The notes under the pieces are model-generated. The model ran no database searches. It was given only the letters and a program-made list of their open reading frames with translations, and had not been told where the DNA came from. A program made the translations under genes and the position numbers. Below, piece after piece: positions 1 to 9,765 of a stretch of DNA of 64,000 nucleotides (position 1 is its first letter; every line of letters begins with the position of its first letter). Source of the stretch: an uncultured Planctomycetaceae bacterium (GTDB taxonomy: Bacteria; Planctomycetota; Planctomycetia; Pirellulales; PALSA-1355); contig CAWAUV010000007.1 in NCBI GenBank assembly GCA_963785305.1, forward strand, positions 928,001 to 992,000, read 5' to 3'.

Positions 1-1
1 C

Positions 2-130
2 GCTCGCCTGGAAGAGAACAAGTATCCCGAGGCGACTGCCATCGCCATGGTCCTGTTGGCGATTTCGCTTTCGCTGCTGTTGGCGATCAATCTGCTTGAG
101 CGATGGAGTAAACGCTCCCAGGCGGTGTGA
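2..130 (+). CDS. cysT: Sulfate ABC transporter permease CysT, C-terminal fragment (5' truncated by window edge)
   Basis: Frame 2 reads ARLEENKYPEATAIAMVLLAISLSLLLAINLLERWSKRSQAV*, the typical CysT C-terminal helix; lies directly upstream of cysW-cysA. Confidence 0.85.
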   Translation, partial: ARLEENKYPEATAIAMVLLAISLSLLLAINLLERWSKRSQAV

Positions 131-191
131 TGTTTTCTTCGACGCGCGACGATTTCGCGCCGATGAACCGACCACGCGATATTGAAAAGCC

Positions 192-1109
192 ATGCATCAA
201 CCAAAACAAATCTTGAACCATGGCGCCGCCGGCCATGTATCGCCGACGCGCCGCGACCCCTGGTGGGTTCAATGGGGATTGATCGCGGCGACCGTGGGAA
301 TAATCACGCTGCTGATCGTCGTGCCCGTGGCCTATGTGTTTTACGGCGCCCTGGCGGACGGGCTCCCGGCCTACTGGAGCAACTTGGCGGACGATTCCGA
401 CACGCTGCACGCGATTGGTCTCACGTTGTTCGTGGCGCTCATTGCCGTGCTGGGCAACGTGGTGTTCGGCGTGGCGGCCGCCTGGGCGATCGCCCGGTTT
501 CGTTTTCCCGGCAAGACCCTGCTGACGGCGTCGCTCGATTTGCCGTTTTCCGTCTCGCCGGTGATCGCGGGGTTGATGTTGCTGTTGCTGTTCGGCATGC
601 AGGGCTATTGGGGTCCGTGGCTTGGCTCGCATGGAATCGAAATCGTGTTCGCCACGCCGGGGCTTATTTTGGCGACCGCCTTCGTCACGCTTCCGTTTGT
701 CGTGCGCGAATTGCTCCCCGTGATGGAGACGATCGGACCCGAGGAAGAGATCGCCGCCGTCAGCCTGGGCGCGAGGCCGTGGCAACTGTTCTGGCGCGTG
801 ACATTGCCCAATGTCAAATGGGGCCTGCTGTATGGAGTGATCTTATGCAACGCTCGCGCCATGGGGGAGTTTGGCGCGGTGCAAATGGTATCGGGACAAA
901 TTCCGGGACGCACCCAGACGATGCCGCTTCGCATCGAACGACTCTACCAAGAATTCGGCAAAATGCCCGCGGCGTTCGCGGTCGCGTCGCTCTTGACCGC
1001 GCTGGCTTTGGTGACCTTGCTGGTCAAGGCGACGCTCGAGCGCAAAACACGTCGCGACCTGGCCGAAGCCGCCTCGCTTGCGCCCACCAACCAAGGAGAC
1101 GCGAAATGA
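192..1109 (+). CDS. cysW: Sulfate ABC transporter permease CysW
   Basis: [34 protein letters not shown] (EAA loop) and [12 protein letters not shown] motifs. Confidence 0.93.
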   Translation: MHQPKQILNHGAAGHVSPTRRDPWWVQWGLIAATVGIITLLIVVPVAYVFYGALADGLPAYWSNLADDSDTLHAIGLTLFVALIAVLGNVVFGVAAAWAIARFRFPGKTLLTASLDLPFSVSPVIAGLMLLLLFGMQGYWGPWLGSHGIEIVFATPGLILATAFVTLPFVVRELLPVMETIGPEEEIAAVSLGARPWQLFWRVTLPNVKWGLLYGVILCNARAMGEFGAVQMVSGQIPGRTQTMPLRIERLYQEFGKMPAAFAVASLLTALALVTLLVKATLERKTRRDLAEAASLAPTNQGDAK

Positions 1110-2164
1110 GCATCAGCGTCAGGAATATCACCAAGCGATGGGGCGCCTTCACCGCGCTCGACGACATCAGCCTGGAAGTCGAAAACGGTTCGTTGCTCGC
1201 GCTGCTCGGCCCCTCGGGCTCAGGAAAAACCACGCTGCTCAGGATCATTGCCGGACTCGAAATGGCGGACTCCGGAAAGGTGCTGCACGCCGACAAGGAC
1301 CTTTCGGACGCGTCGGCGCGCGAGCGCAATGTGGGATTCGTGTTCCAGCACTATGCGTTGTTCCGGCACATGACCGTGTTCGAGAACGTGGCTTTCGGGC
1401 TACGCGTTCGCAAGGTCGCCAAGCGGGAGATTCGCGACCGAGTCAACGAGCTACTGCATTTGGTGCGGCTCGAGGATTTGGGCGGGCGCTATCCCGCGCA
1501 GCTTTCCGGCGGTCAGCGGCAGCGCATCGCGCTGGCCCGCGCGCTGGCGATTCGCCCCAAAGTGCTGCTGCTCGACGAGCCCTTCGGCGCGCTCGACGCC
1601 AAGGTTCGTCAAGAGCTCCGCGCGTGGCTGCGTCAATTGCATGACGAGATTCACATGACCAGCGTGTTTGTCACCCACGATCAAGAAGAGGCTTTCGAGG
1701 TGGCGGATCGGGTGGTCGTGATGAATCGCGGTCGCATCGAACAGATCGGTTCGCCCGACGAGGTCTTCGACCATCCGGCGAATCCCTTTGTGATGGACTT
1801 CCTTGGCAACGTGAACATTTTTCATGGGCGAGCCTGCAAGGGACGCGCGGGAATCAACGGCCTGGAAGTCGACTTTCCCGATTACCCTCATTCCCACGAA
1901 CGCGCCGCGATGCTTTATGTGCGTCCCCATGAGCTCGAAATTCATCGCGAGGCGAACGGCGCCGGCGGCTTGCGAGCGACGGTGGAGCGAGTAAGCCGCG
2001 CCGGCTCGCTGGCCAGGGTGGCGCTCCAGTCGCTGGATCATGGCTTTGGTTTGAATGTGGAGTTGAGCTCGCATCGGTGTCGGGAACTGGCCCTCGAACG
2101 CGGCGATCAGGTCTATGTTTCGCCGCGCAATGTCCGCGTGTTTTTGCCGGAATATGTAATTTAG
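1106..2164 (+). CDS. cysA: Sulfate/thiosulfate ABC transporter ATP-binding protein CysA
   Basis: Walker [38 protein letters not shown]-terminal TOBE-like region; ATGA overlap with the cysW stop and GGAG RBS. Confidence 0.95.
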   Translation: MSISVRNITKRWGAFTALDDISLEVENGSLLALLGPSGSGKTTLLRIIAGLEMADSGKVLHADKDLSDASARERNVGFVFQHYALFRHMTVFENVAFGLRVRKVAKREIRDRVNELLHLVRLEDLGGRYPAQLSGGQRQRIALARALAIRPKVLLLDEPFGALDAKVRQELRAWLRQLHDEIHMTSVFVTHDQEEAFEVADRVVVMNRGRIEQIGSPDEVFDHPANPFVMDFLGNVNIFHGRACKGRAGINGLEVDFPDYPHSHERAAMLYVRPHELEIHREANGAGGLRATVERVSRAGSLARVALQSLDHGFGLNVELSSHRCRELALERGDQVYVSPRNVRVFLPEYVI

Positions 2165-2239
2165 AGCCTATCCGACAACTCCCCCTCTCCCTTTGGGAGA
2201 GGGTAGGGTGAGGTCGCGATGAAGCTCTCGGATAGGCTG
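2164..2239. mobile_element. MITE-like element, copy 1 (76 bp)
   Basis: Terminal inverted repeat AGCCTATCCGA (2165-2175) / TCGGATAGGCT (2228-2238), internal hairpin CCTCTCCC-TTT-GGGAGAGG; second copy at 6807-6883. Confidence 0.7.
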
Positions 2240-2312
2240 TTGAAGTCCCGAACGTTCAGAACCCCCGGCAGTGTAAGGGATTAACCGTGAGGATAGGATC
2301 GGAGGAATTGCG

Positions 2313-2540
2313 ATGAGCGAAAAGTTTCGAGTCAATCCGCCCGAGTCAACCGCCGCGACGACGGGGTCGCGGCGCAACGCGCCGGCCTTGGACCCCGCCA
2401 TTGAATATGTGCGCCAGGCCATGATCGGCATGCAGTTCGGGCAAGTCGCGATCATCGTGCAAGATGGCGTCATCGTGCAGATCGATCGCACGGAGCGGCG
2501 GCGTTTTCGCCGCGGCGAAAATCGAATCAAACACTCATAA
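2313..2540 (+). CDS. YezD-like (DUF2292) small protein
   Basis: MQFGQVAIIVQDGVIVQIDRTERRRF matches the YezD/DUF2292 signature, a family often found beside sulfur-assimilation genes; GGAGG RBS. Confidence 0.8.
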   Translation: MSEKFRVNPPESTAATTGSRRNAPALDPAIEYVRQAMIGMQFGQVAIIVQDGVIVQIDRTERRRFRRGENRIKHS

Positions 2541-2980
2541 TCCGAAACACTCGCGAGCTTTTTGGCGCTGGCGCCTTGCGAGTCGGCCCCAAAACCTGGC
2601 AAGCGATGGATCGCATCTCGCGCGGTCGCGCCGCGGCTGCGATATTTCAGCCTGTCGACGCCTTTGGCTGCTTGCCCCGCGGGCAGACACTGGAAGACGA
2701 GCGGCAAGCCCCGGGGCGCCGCAAACCGCTTGCTCTTTCTTGCACGCGAAACGGCTGCGAGCTAGCATTGTCGTTTGTCGACCGGGGCCGCCCGTTGGAT
2801 GCCGGCGCGTCACTCGATGGGACACGCCGGCGCCGTCCGAGGGCGCTCCGGCCAGTCGACTCGAAAACACGATTGTCATACTTTTGATCACCACTTGACC
2901 GGGGAACACGCCAATGTCGCTACGCATCGTCCGTCTCGGTTTTTTGCCCGCATATTTCACGATCTGGGAGTACACGGAAG

Positions 2981-3947
2981 ATGAAGCGAAGCGTTTTGCC
3001 TCTTGTTCTTTTTTTCGCGGTTCTGATTGCCGCGTCGGTTGCGTCGGCTGACACATTTCAGACTCTCGACGCTCCGTTTACCACGCAGGGCACGTCAGCC
3101 TATGGAGTATATGGCAATAATGTCGTGGGACTCGCCTATGCCTCCTCGGCCGGCGGCGGCGGCGGCGGCTTTTTGTACAACGGCACGAGCTACACGCTGT
3201 TAAACGACCCTTCCGCCACGAACGGCACCGTGGCTGCTGGCATCGACGGCGCCAACATCGTCGGATATTACTCACCGGGCGTTCAGATCGACGGCTTTCT
3301 CTACAACGGCGCGACCTGGACCACGCTGCAAGACCCGCTCGCCGCGCAGGGCACCTTTCCAAGCGGCATTTCCGGCGCCAATATGGGGGGTTTTACACGG
3401 ACGCGTCCTCGGTCGACCACGGCTTTCTTTACAACGGCGTGGGTTACACGTCGCTGAACGACCCGCTGGGTGTGCAGGGCACCGACTCGTTGGGCATCGA
3501 TGGCGCCAACATCGTTGGATACTACAGCGACGCGTCGTACACCGCCCACGGCTTTCTCTACAACGGCGCGACCTTTACCACACTGGACGACCCGCTCGGC
3601 GCAGGGCACCTATGCCGTGGGCATCAGCGGCAACAATATCGTGGGCTATTACACGGACTCGGTTGGCAACAACCACGGCTTTCTTTACAACGACGCGACA
3701 AACACCTATACCACGCTCGATGATCCGCTGGGCGCAAGGCACGCAGGCACAAGGCATCGACGGCAACACCGTCGTCGGAGTCTATTACGACGGATCGGGC
3801 AATCCGCATGGCTTTATCGATACCCTCAGCCCCGTGCCCGAGCCATCGACTTTGGCGCTCGCCTCGCTCGGCGCCGCGGCGCTTACCGGATTTCTCTGGC
3901 GCCGCCGCCAGACGAAGCCTTCCGCAGCGAGCGGCGCGGGACCATGA
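2981..3947 (+). CDS. PEP-CTERM surface protein with about 6 tandem ~43-aa repeats (3 apparent frameshifts)
   Basis: Signal peptide; repeats of (H)GFLYNGxTxTTLxDPLGxxGTxxxGIxGxNIVGYY spread over ORFs 2981, 3439, 3470 and 3612; C-terminal VPEPSTLALASLGAAALTGFLWRRR. Confidence 0.85.
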
Positions 3948-4097
3948 TGCATGAAATCGTTCGTTTCCCGAATCCAAGGGGTTAGGGCTCGATGTTTGGA
4001 GGGACCGCCGTGAAATCAATGAGTTCCGACCCGTTTGGTCCTGACCCCCTTTGGCTTGCTCCGCCCATTGCGACGAATGCGATTGCGGACTGGGTGG

Positions 4098-4121
4098 CAT
4101 GCCCACGCTTGCGTGGGCATG
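4098..4121. repeat. REP-like palindrome
   Basis: CATGCCCACGC-TT-GCGTGGGCATG, perfect 11-bp stem. Confidence 0.65.
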
Positions 4122-4184
4122 TGGGCGACGCGCGACGCGAATTGTGATTTGTCGCGCGGCAACAGTCGAACGGTAAGCGGCGTT

Positions 4185-4333
4185 CGGAAGCGTTGCGGCT
4201 CTCTTTCGATCGCCGCCAGCGCGTGCCCCAGATCGTCGACGAACCGGCTTCCCAGGCCGGTCGCCCGGCCTTCAAGATAGCCTCGGGCCTGGACGATTTC
4301 GGCTTCGGCCGCGGCCAGGACGCGGAGATTCAC
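4185..4333 (-). pseudogene. RelE/ParE-family toxin, N-terminal half only
   Basis: MNLRVLAAAEAEIVQARGYLEGRATGLGSRFVDDLGHALAAIEREPQRF is a ParE-like N-terminus; I found no RFPY-type C-terminal half downstream; overlaps the antitoxin stop. Confidence 0.65.
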
Positions 4334-4590
4334 TTCGTCGGTCCACCGGCCGGCGAACGGCGCAAATCGGCCATCACTTCCGCCGCCGGACGCGCCGGCG
4401 TTGTGCCATCGCGATAGGAGGCCGATCGGCGCTGCAACTCGGCGAGCAGTTCGCCCCCGGTCAGGGCGTCTGGAGCGGCCGCGGCCAGAGCCTCGGGCAA
4501 AAGACTGTCGCCCAGCGCCGCCGCGACAAACGCCCGATCCGCCAGCGGCAATGTGAGTGCTTGCTCCAGAATCTCTTCACGATGAGACAT
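4330..4590 (-). CDS. Putative addiction-module antitoxin
   Basis: MSHREEILEQALTLPLADRAFVAAALGDSL...AELQRRSASYRDG...EVMADLR fits the putative addiction module component pattern; directly upstream of the toxin. Confidence 0.8.
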   Translation of the reverse strand: MSHREEILEQALTLPLADRAFVAAALGDSLLPEALAAAAPDALTGGELLAELQRRSASYRDGTTPARPAAEVMADLRRSPAGGPTK

Positions 4591-4978
4591 GGCGGCGCCC
4601 CCTTTGTTCACCATTTTCTCACGCTCGCCGGCCTCCGTCGAGAGATTTGACCGGTTGTTTCCGACTTCGACGGCGAGGATACCGCATACGAAATCGATGA
4701 GTCCTGCCCCCTTTCGCTCGATGCCATAATGGGGCTCGAGCCGGAGAAAGTGGCGGAAGGTGAGACGCGGGAGCCTATAGTGCGGGGGACGCGGGCTCGC
4801 CGTGATCCGGGTTTTGTCGGGTCGCATTTCGCCGGGCGTCGCTGGGCGTCGCTACTGATTGAACTCGAGCATTGCTCGACCGGTGCGCCATGGGCTATGC
4901 TGGACGCCCCTGCCTCCTCGCCGCGCTCGTCCGCTCGGCGCGGGTTTGGCTTTCTTCGTCTTTGGATCGAGAACTGGC

Positions 4979-5398
4979 ATGCCTTGGCGTCATCGAATTT
5001 TGCAACTGCCGGCGTTTCCGCGCGGGTTTCATCTCATTACCGAACATGTGCTCGGCGCCGTGCCCGAGATCGCCGATATTCGCGTCGGGCTCTTGCATGT
5101 CTTCATCCAACACACCTCGGCCTCGCTCGCGATCAACGAAAACGCCGACGCCGATGTGCGGGCCGATCTCGAAACGGCCTTGAACACGATCGCCCCCGAA
5201 TCGCTGCCCTATGTCCACACGATCGAAGGCCCCGACGATATGCCGGCCCATGTCAAAGCGGCCTTGATCGGTTCGAGCGTGAGCATGCCGATCGAACATG
5301 GGCGGCCGATGCTGGGCGTCTGGCAGGGAATCTATCTCTGCGAGCACCGCAACCACGCCGGCCGACGAAAACTGGTGCTCACCCTCGCCGGCGAATGA
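4979..5398 (+). CDS. yjbQ: YjbQ/UPF0047 secondary thiamine-phosphate synthase family protein
   Basis: HTSASLAINENADADV, EGPDDMPAHVK and LGVWQGIYLCEHR motifs. Confidence 0.92.
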   Translation: MPWRHRILQLPAFPRGFHLITEHVLGAVPEIADIRVGLLHVFIQHTSASLAINENADADVRADLETALNTIAPESLPYVHTIEGPDDMPAHVKAALIGSSVSMPIEHGRPMLGVWQGIYLCEHRNHAGRRKLVLTLAGE

Positions 5399-5455
5399 CG
5401 TGAACGCTCGCAACGAGGCAGGCTCGCGCCGGCGGGCTAGGCCAGGGCAGCGCGA

Positions 5456-6568
5456 TCATTTGCCGCGGGTGATTCGGCCGTGGATATGTAGGTCGTTGCC
5501 CAGAAGTTCGCTTTGGGTTTCGTCGAGCTTGAGCGCTTCGCCGAGCCGCTCGATGCCGTGGCCCGCGATCGGCGATGGAGCTCCCGCGCCGCCAAGAATC
5601 GTGGCGGCCAAGAAAACATGCGCTTCGTCGATCTCGCGGGCATCGAGCAAACCGCCGAGCAGTTGCCCGCCGCCTTCGACCAGCAAATTCGTCATTCGCC
5701 GGCGGCCCAGTTCATCGAGCAATTCGAGCAACCGCTCGGCGTGACTCGCGCCCGCGAGCTCGAGCACTTCGCAGCCGGCCGCTTCCAATCGCGAGCAGCG
5801 GTCGTCGGGCGCCCAGCGAGCCACCGCCACCAGCACCGGAGTCTCGCGAGCCGTGCGCACCAATTGACTGTCGGGCGAGAGCGATGCTTGCGAGTCGAGC
5901 ACGATGCGCGTCGCCTCGCGCGGGCCCGGCGGTCGAGCCGTGAGCAACGGATCGTCGCGCTGGGCCGTGCCACGACCCACCAGCACGCCATCGACCCGCC
6001 CGCGCAGGCGCGTGCACCACGAATCGCGACTCGGGCCCCGAGATCCAGCGGCTTTCGCCGGTCGAGGTGGCAATGCGGCCATCGAGCGTCATTGCCCACT
6101 TGGCGATCACCCACGGCCGGCCGGCGCCGAGCAGCTTCAAATACGGCGCGTTGAGTCGCCGGGCCTCGTCTTCGAGCACTCCGACTTCCGTCTCGATGCC
6201 CATGCTCGCGAGCTCGGCCAACCCGCGGCCCGCGACTTCGGGAAACGGATCGCGCATCGCCGCCACCACGCGGCGAATGCCGGCTTCGCGAATCGCCGCC
6301 ACGCAGGGCGGAGTCTTGCCGAAATGGCGGCAAGGTTCGAGCGTCACGAAGAGCGTCGCCCCCGGGCGCGCGCGGGCCGGCCGCGCAGGGCCTCGACCTC
6401 GGCATGCGGTCCGCCAAACAGGGCGTGGGCGCCCTCGCTCACAAGGCCGTGCTCATCGACGATCACGCAGCCCACCATGGGATTCGGCTCGACGAAGCCT
6501 TGGCCACGCTGGGCGAGCTCCAAGGCCCGGAGCATGTGCATGCGGTCGAAAATCGAATCGTCGTGCAT
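5456..6568 (-). CDS. ribD: Bifunctional riboflavin deaminase/reductase RibD (2 apparent frameshifts, ~6385 and ~6010)
   Basis: [38 protein letters not shown] and LLVEGGG across three frames. Confidence 0.92.
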
Positions 6569-6673
6569 GGCGAGGCGGGTTTTCCGATAAATCGAGCGGG
6601 AGCGCCGGGCGCGGCGAGCAGCGAGCCGCGCCCAATTCGAGCGGCCAGCGCCAGGAGCGGCGGGGCGCTGGGC

Positions 6674-6682
6674 ATTATAGCA
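6674..6682 (-). promoter_or_regulatory. Putative extended -10 promoter for ribD
   Basis: TGCTATAAT on the minus strand about 105 nt upstream of the ribD start. Confidence 0.45.
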
Positions 6683-6737
6683 CGCAGCCGAGCGAGGTCA
6701 CCGCGATGCCTCGTGTCTCGCGGCTCCGGCGGGCAGC

Positions 6738-6766
6738 TTGAGCGATTGCCGCAAATGCCGTACAAT
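6738..6766 (+). promoter_or_regulatory. Putative sigma70 promoter for ndk
   Basis: TTGAGC-N17-TACAAT. Confidence 0.5.
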
Positions 6767-6806
6767 TCGCGGCTTTAGTCGCCGAACCGCTCGCGAATGT
6801 AATTAA

Positions 6807-6883
6807 GAGCCTATCCGACAACTCCCGCCTCTCCCTTTGGGAGAGGGCAGGGCGAGGGCTCGCCGAAGTTCTCGGATAGGCCG
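6807..6883. mobile_element. MITE-like element, copy 2 (77 bp)
   Basis: TIR GCCTATCCGA / TCGGATAGGC, same internal hairpin as copy 1, flanked by TAA on both sides (6804-6806 and 6884-6886). Confidence 0.7.
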
Positions 6884-6962
6884 TAATTCGCTGGGGCGGC
6901 CGGCGGCCAGTTCCTCCCCAACCCCGACCGCACTTTTTTCGCACGCTGGAGATTGAAGCATC

Positions 6963-7424
6963 GTGGAACGCACGCTGATCTTGCTCAAGCCCGACGCCGT
7001 TCAGCGTCGTCTTGTGGGTCGTATCTTGAGTCGTTTCGAGGACAAGGGCTTGAACATCGTGGCCCTGAAGTGGATGCGCGTCACGCCCGCGCTTTCCAAG
7101 CAGCACTATGCCGAACATGTGCAGAAGCCGTTTTATCCGAACCTGGAGAGCTTCATCACGGGCGGGCCGATCGTGGCCTGTATCCTCGAAGGGCTCGAAG
7201 TGATTCGCGTGGTGCGCGAAATGCTCGGGGCCACCAGCGGGCTCAAGGCCGCCGCGGGCACGATTCGCGGCGACTTCAGCTCCAGCCGCCAGATGAACCT
7301 GGTGCATGCCTCCGATGGCCCCGAGGCCGCCCAGCGCGAGATCGCGCTCTATTTCTCGAAAGATGAAATCGTCGCCGACGAGCCGACCATCAAGCCTTGG
7401 CTTCGCGCCGATGACGAGAAATGA
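6963..7424 (+). CDS. ndk: Nucleoside diphosphate kinase
   Basis: ERTLILLKPDAVQR, GTIRGDF and NLVHASD catalytic His motif. Confidence 0.97.
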   Translation: MERTLILLKPDAVQRRLVGRILSRFEDKGLNIVALKWMRVTPALSKQHYAEHVQKPFYPNLESFITGGPIVACILEGLEVIRVVREMLGATSGLKAAAGTIRGDFSSSRQMNLVHASDGPEAAQREIALYFSKDEIVADEPTIKPWLRADDEK

Positions 7425-7511
7425 GCGAGACAGTATTTTGTTTTTAGCGAGATTCTTAGCGAGAGCGCGGCCGCTCATCGCAATAGCGCTCGCTATTTGA
7501 ATCGCTGAATC

Positions 7512-8490
7512 CTAGTCGACGAGCTTCGCCGCCGTGGTTTCGGCCCGCAGTTCGTCGATCATATGGCGCGTGGCTTTTTCCACGGCAAGCTGCCACTGGC
7601 TTTCGGCCAGGTCGGCGAATTCTTTACGCGAGTGGGCGAAAATAAGGGCCCGCGAATTGTTGACGATCGCGCCGAGCCCCGCGGAATCGAAGGCCCCGGC
7701 CACGTCGCGAGCGCCGGCGCCTTGCGCCGTAGCCGGGCACCAGCAGCCAGGCGCTCGGCATGGCGGCGCGAAGCTCGGCGAGCTGTTCGGGATAGGTCGC
7801 ACCGGCCACGGCCCCCACGGCGCCATAGCGGCTCGCCGAGTCAACGCTCGCGGGTTCGCGCACCGTTTGCTCGGCCAGCTTTTGCACTCGCGCGGCGACA
7901 TGCCGATAGAGCGGCTGTCCATCGGCCACGAGGTCTTGAAAGGCCCCGCCGCCGGGATTGGAGGTCTTCACAAGCACAAACAGTCCGGCGCCACGCTCGA
8001 CGGCGATTTCGACAAACGGTTCCAGGCTATCGTCGCCCAGGTAAGGGCTCACCGTGAGCGCGTCGGCGCCCCAGGGGCTCGCCGGGGGTGGCCCGAGATA
8101 GGCGCGGGCATAAGCCGCGGCTGTCGTGCCGATGTCGTTACGCTTGCCATCGAGCACCACCAGCAGGTTCATGCTCCGCGCATGTCGCATTACCTCGGCC
8201 AGCACCGCGAGCCCCGGCGGCCCAAGCTCCTCGAAGAAGGCCATTTGCGGCTTCACGGCCGGCACGAGCGGCGCGACCACATCGATCACCTCGCGGCAAA
8301 AAACGCCGTAAGCGGCGGCGATCGCGGCGAGATTGGCGTCGTCGACCTCGCGTCGCACGGCGGGGGGCAACTGCTCGAACCGCGGATCGAGGCCCACGAG
8401 GACCGGCGTTTGGCGCTGGTGGACAGCGCTCGCCAGACGACCGGCAAAGTCGAGCGGCGGTTGACGATAAGTGGGCGATTGACCGTTCAT
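7512..8490 (-). CDS. pyrF: Orotidine-5'-phosphate decarboxylase (frameshift ~7725)
   Basis: [40 protein letters not shown] and [10 protein letters not shown]. Confidence 0.93.
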
Positions 8491-8599
8491 GACGCGTCAC
8501 GATATCGCATCGCGCGGGCGATGGCAATCGCCACAATGCGAAGCCACGTCGACATCGATCATGGCAATCGATGACGGTGAGCGGCGTTTAGCGCGCCCG

Positions 8600-8977
8600 C
8601 TAGCGCTGCGGCTGCATGGAGAGCACGTAGAGAAATACGCCACTTGCGGCAACCAAAATCACAAGCATCAAAGGCAACCAAAGGAGCGCCGATAAATATC
8701 CCTTGCAGAAAAGCCACCGCGAGATGTTTCCGATCGCCACACCCTCGCGAGCGCGCTGCTGAGCGACGTCTCTCCAGACAAACACCACGCCAACCAGGGC
8801 GCCGATGATTCCGCCGACCCCCGCGTAAGCCGCAGTTTTTTGCAGGCTCCAACCAGCTTCATATTTCCGAATTCCCCCCGCGACAATCACTGCCAGAACG
8901 AGTGTGCAGCCTCCGATCCTAAGGATCGGGTGGGCATTGCCGCGAAACAGCGTATCGAGAGTTTCTTCAATTTTCAT
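8600..8977 (-). CDS. Small hypothetical membrane protein (3 predicted TM helices)
   Basis: 125-aa ORF with three hydrophobic segments; no family recognised. Confidence 0.55.
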   Translation of the reverse strand: MKIEETLDTLFRGNAHPILRIGGCTLVLAVIVAGGIRKYEAGWSLQKTAAYAGVGGIIGALVGVVFVWRDVAQQRAREGVAIGNISRWLFCKGYLSALLWLPLMLVILVAASGVFLYVLSMQPQR

Positions 8978-9141
8978 AAGGGGAGACGCGTCGCGACTTC
9001 GAGACTTATCGACGAAGAGATCGGGATTTTAACCGCGTCATTTAGCGAATGCAAACATCGACCAAAAGTATGAAATCGTCGAAGCCGCTCGCCCTGCGCG
9101 AGGTCAGATTCCGGCAGGGCAGCGAGTCTTCCTCCACGGCG

Positions 9142-9591
9142 TTAGCGCACCGCTTTCTTGACGAGCCCGCCGATCCGTGCCTCGTCGGCGGCGGTCAGTT
9201 CCTTCAGTGCGAAGGCCGTCGGCCACATGTTCCCTTCGTCGAGATTTGCCTCGTGCATGAAGCCGAGCGTCGCATAGCGTGTCTTGAACTTGCACGCGCT
9301 TTGAAAGAAACAGACGATCTTTCCCTGCTTAGCATAGGCGGGCATGCCATACCAATGCCGCGGCATGAGCGCCGGCGCGGTGGCGGTGACGATCGCATGA
9401 ACCCGCTCGCCCAGGATACGATCTAGGCCCGACATCGCGGCGATCGTGGCGAGCACGTCGCTTTCCCCATCGACTTTTGTCGGTCGCGGGCGAGGCCGCG
9501 CGGTGGCCTTCTTCGTGGCGCGCTTGGCAGTTTCCCGCGGAGTGCTTTTGTCGTTGATTTTGCTTTTAGCGCGATCGTTGGTTTTCGCCAT
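9142..9591 (-). CDS. DUF1801 (YdhG-like) protein
   Basis: [40 protein letters not shown]...MWPTAFAL signature. Confidence 0.85.
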   Translation of the reverse strand: MAKTNDRAKSKINDKSTPRETAKRATKKATARPRPRPTKVDGESDVLATIAAMSGLDRILGERVHAIVTATAPALMPRHWYGMPAYAKQGKIVCFFQSACKFKTRYATLGFMHEANLDEGNMWPTAFALKELTAADEARIGGLVKKAVR

Positions 9592-9765
9592 TGGTTGTGC
9601 CCGCTCGATGAAAACAAATCCCGCGGAGAACCGAGTTCTTGTCAACAACCTATTTACGCCGATCCCTCCAAGTCAAGTCCGAGGTGATTTCTCACATCGT
9701 GAGACTTGCCGACCACGAGTCGCGACCCCGAGCCGCTCTCTGATTGCGGCGAATAGTCGCGGCCA

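Noticed and set aside
182..1105. N-terminal extension making CysA 660 aa
   Set aside because: It overlaps cysW out of frame; the real start is the ATG at 1106 with an RBS.
6570..6900. FMN riboswitch upstream of ribD
   Set aside because: The AGGGCAGGG stretch belongs to the MITE and is on the wrong strand; the other conserved FMN elements are absent.
7424..7510. TAGCGAGA repeats and an AATAGCG/CGCTATT hairpin between convergent ndk and pyrF
   Set aside because: Too short and weak to call more than a possible terminator.
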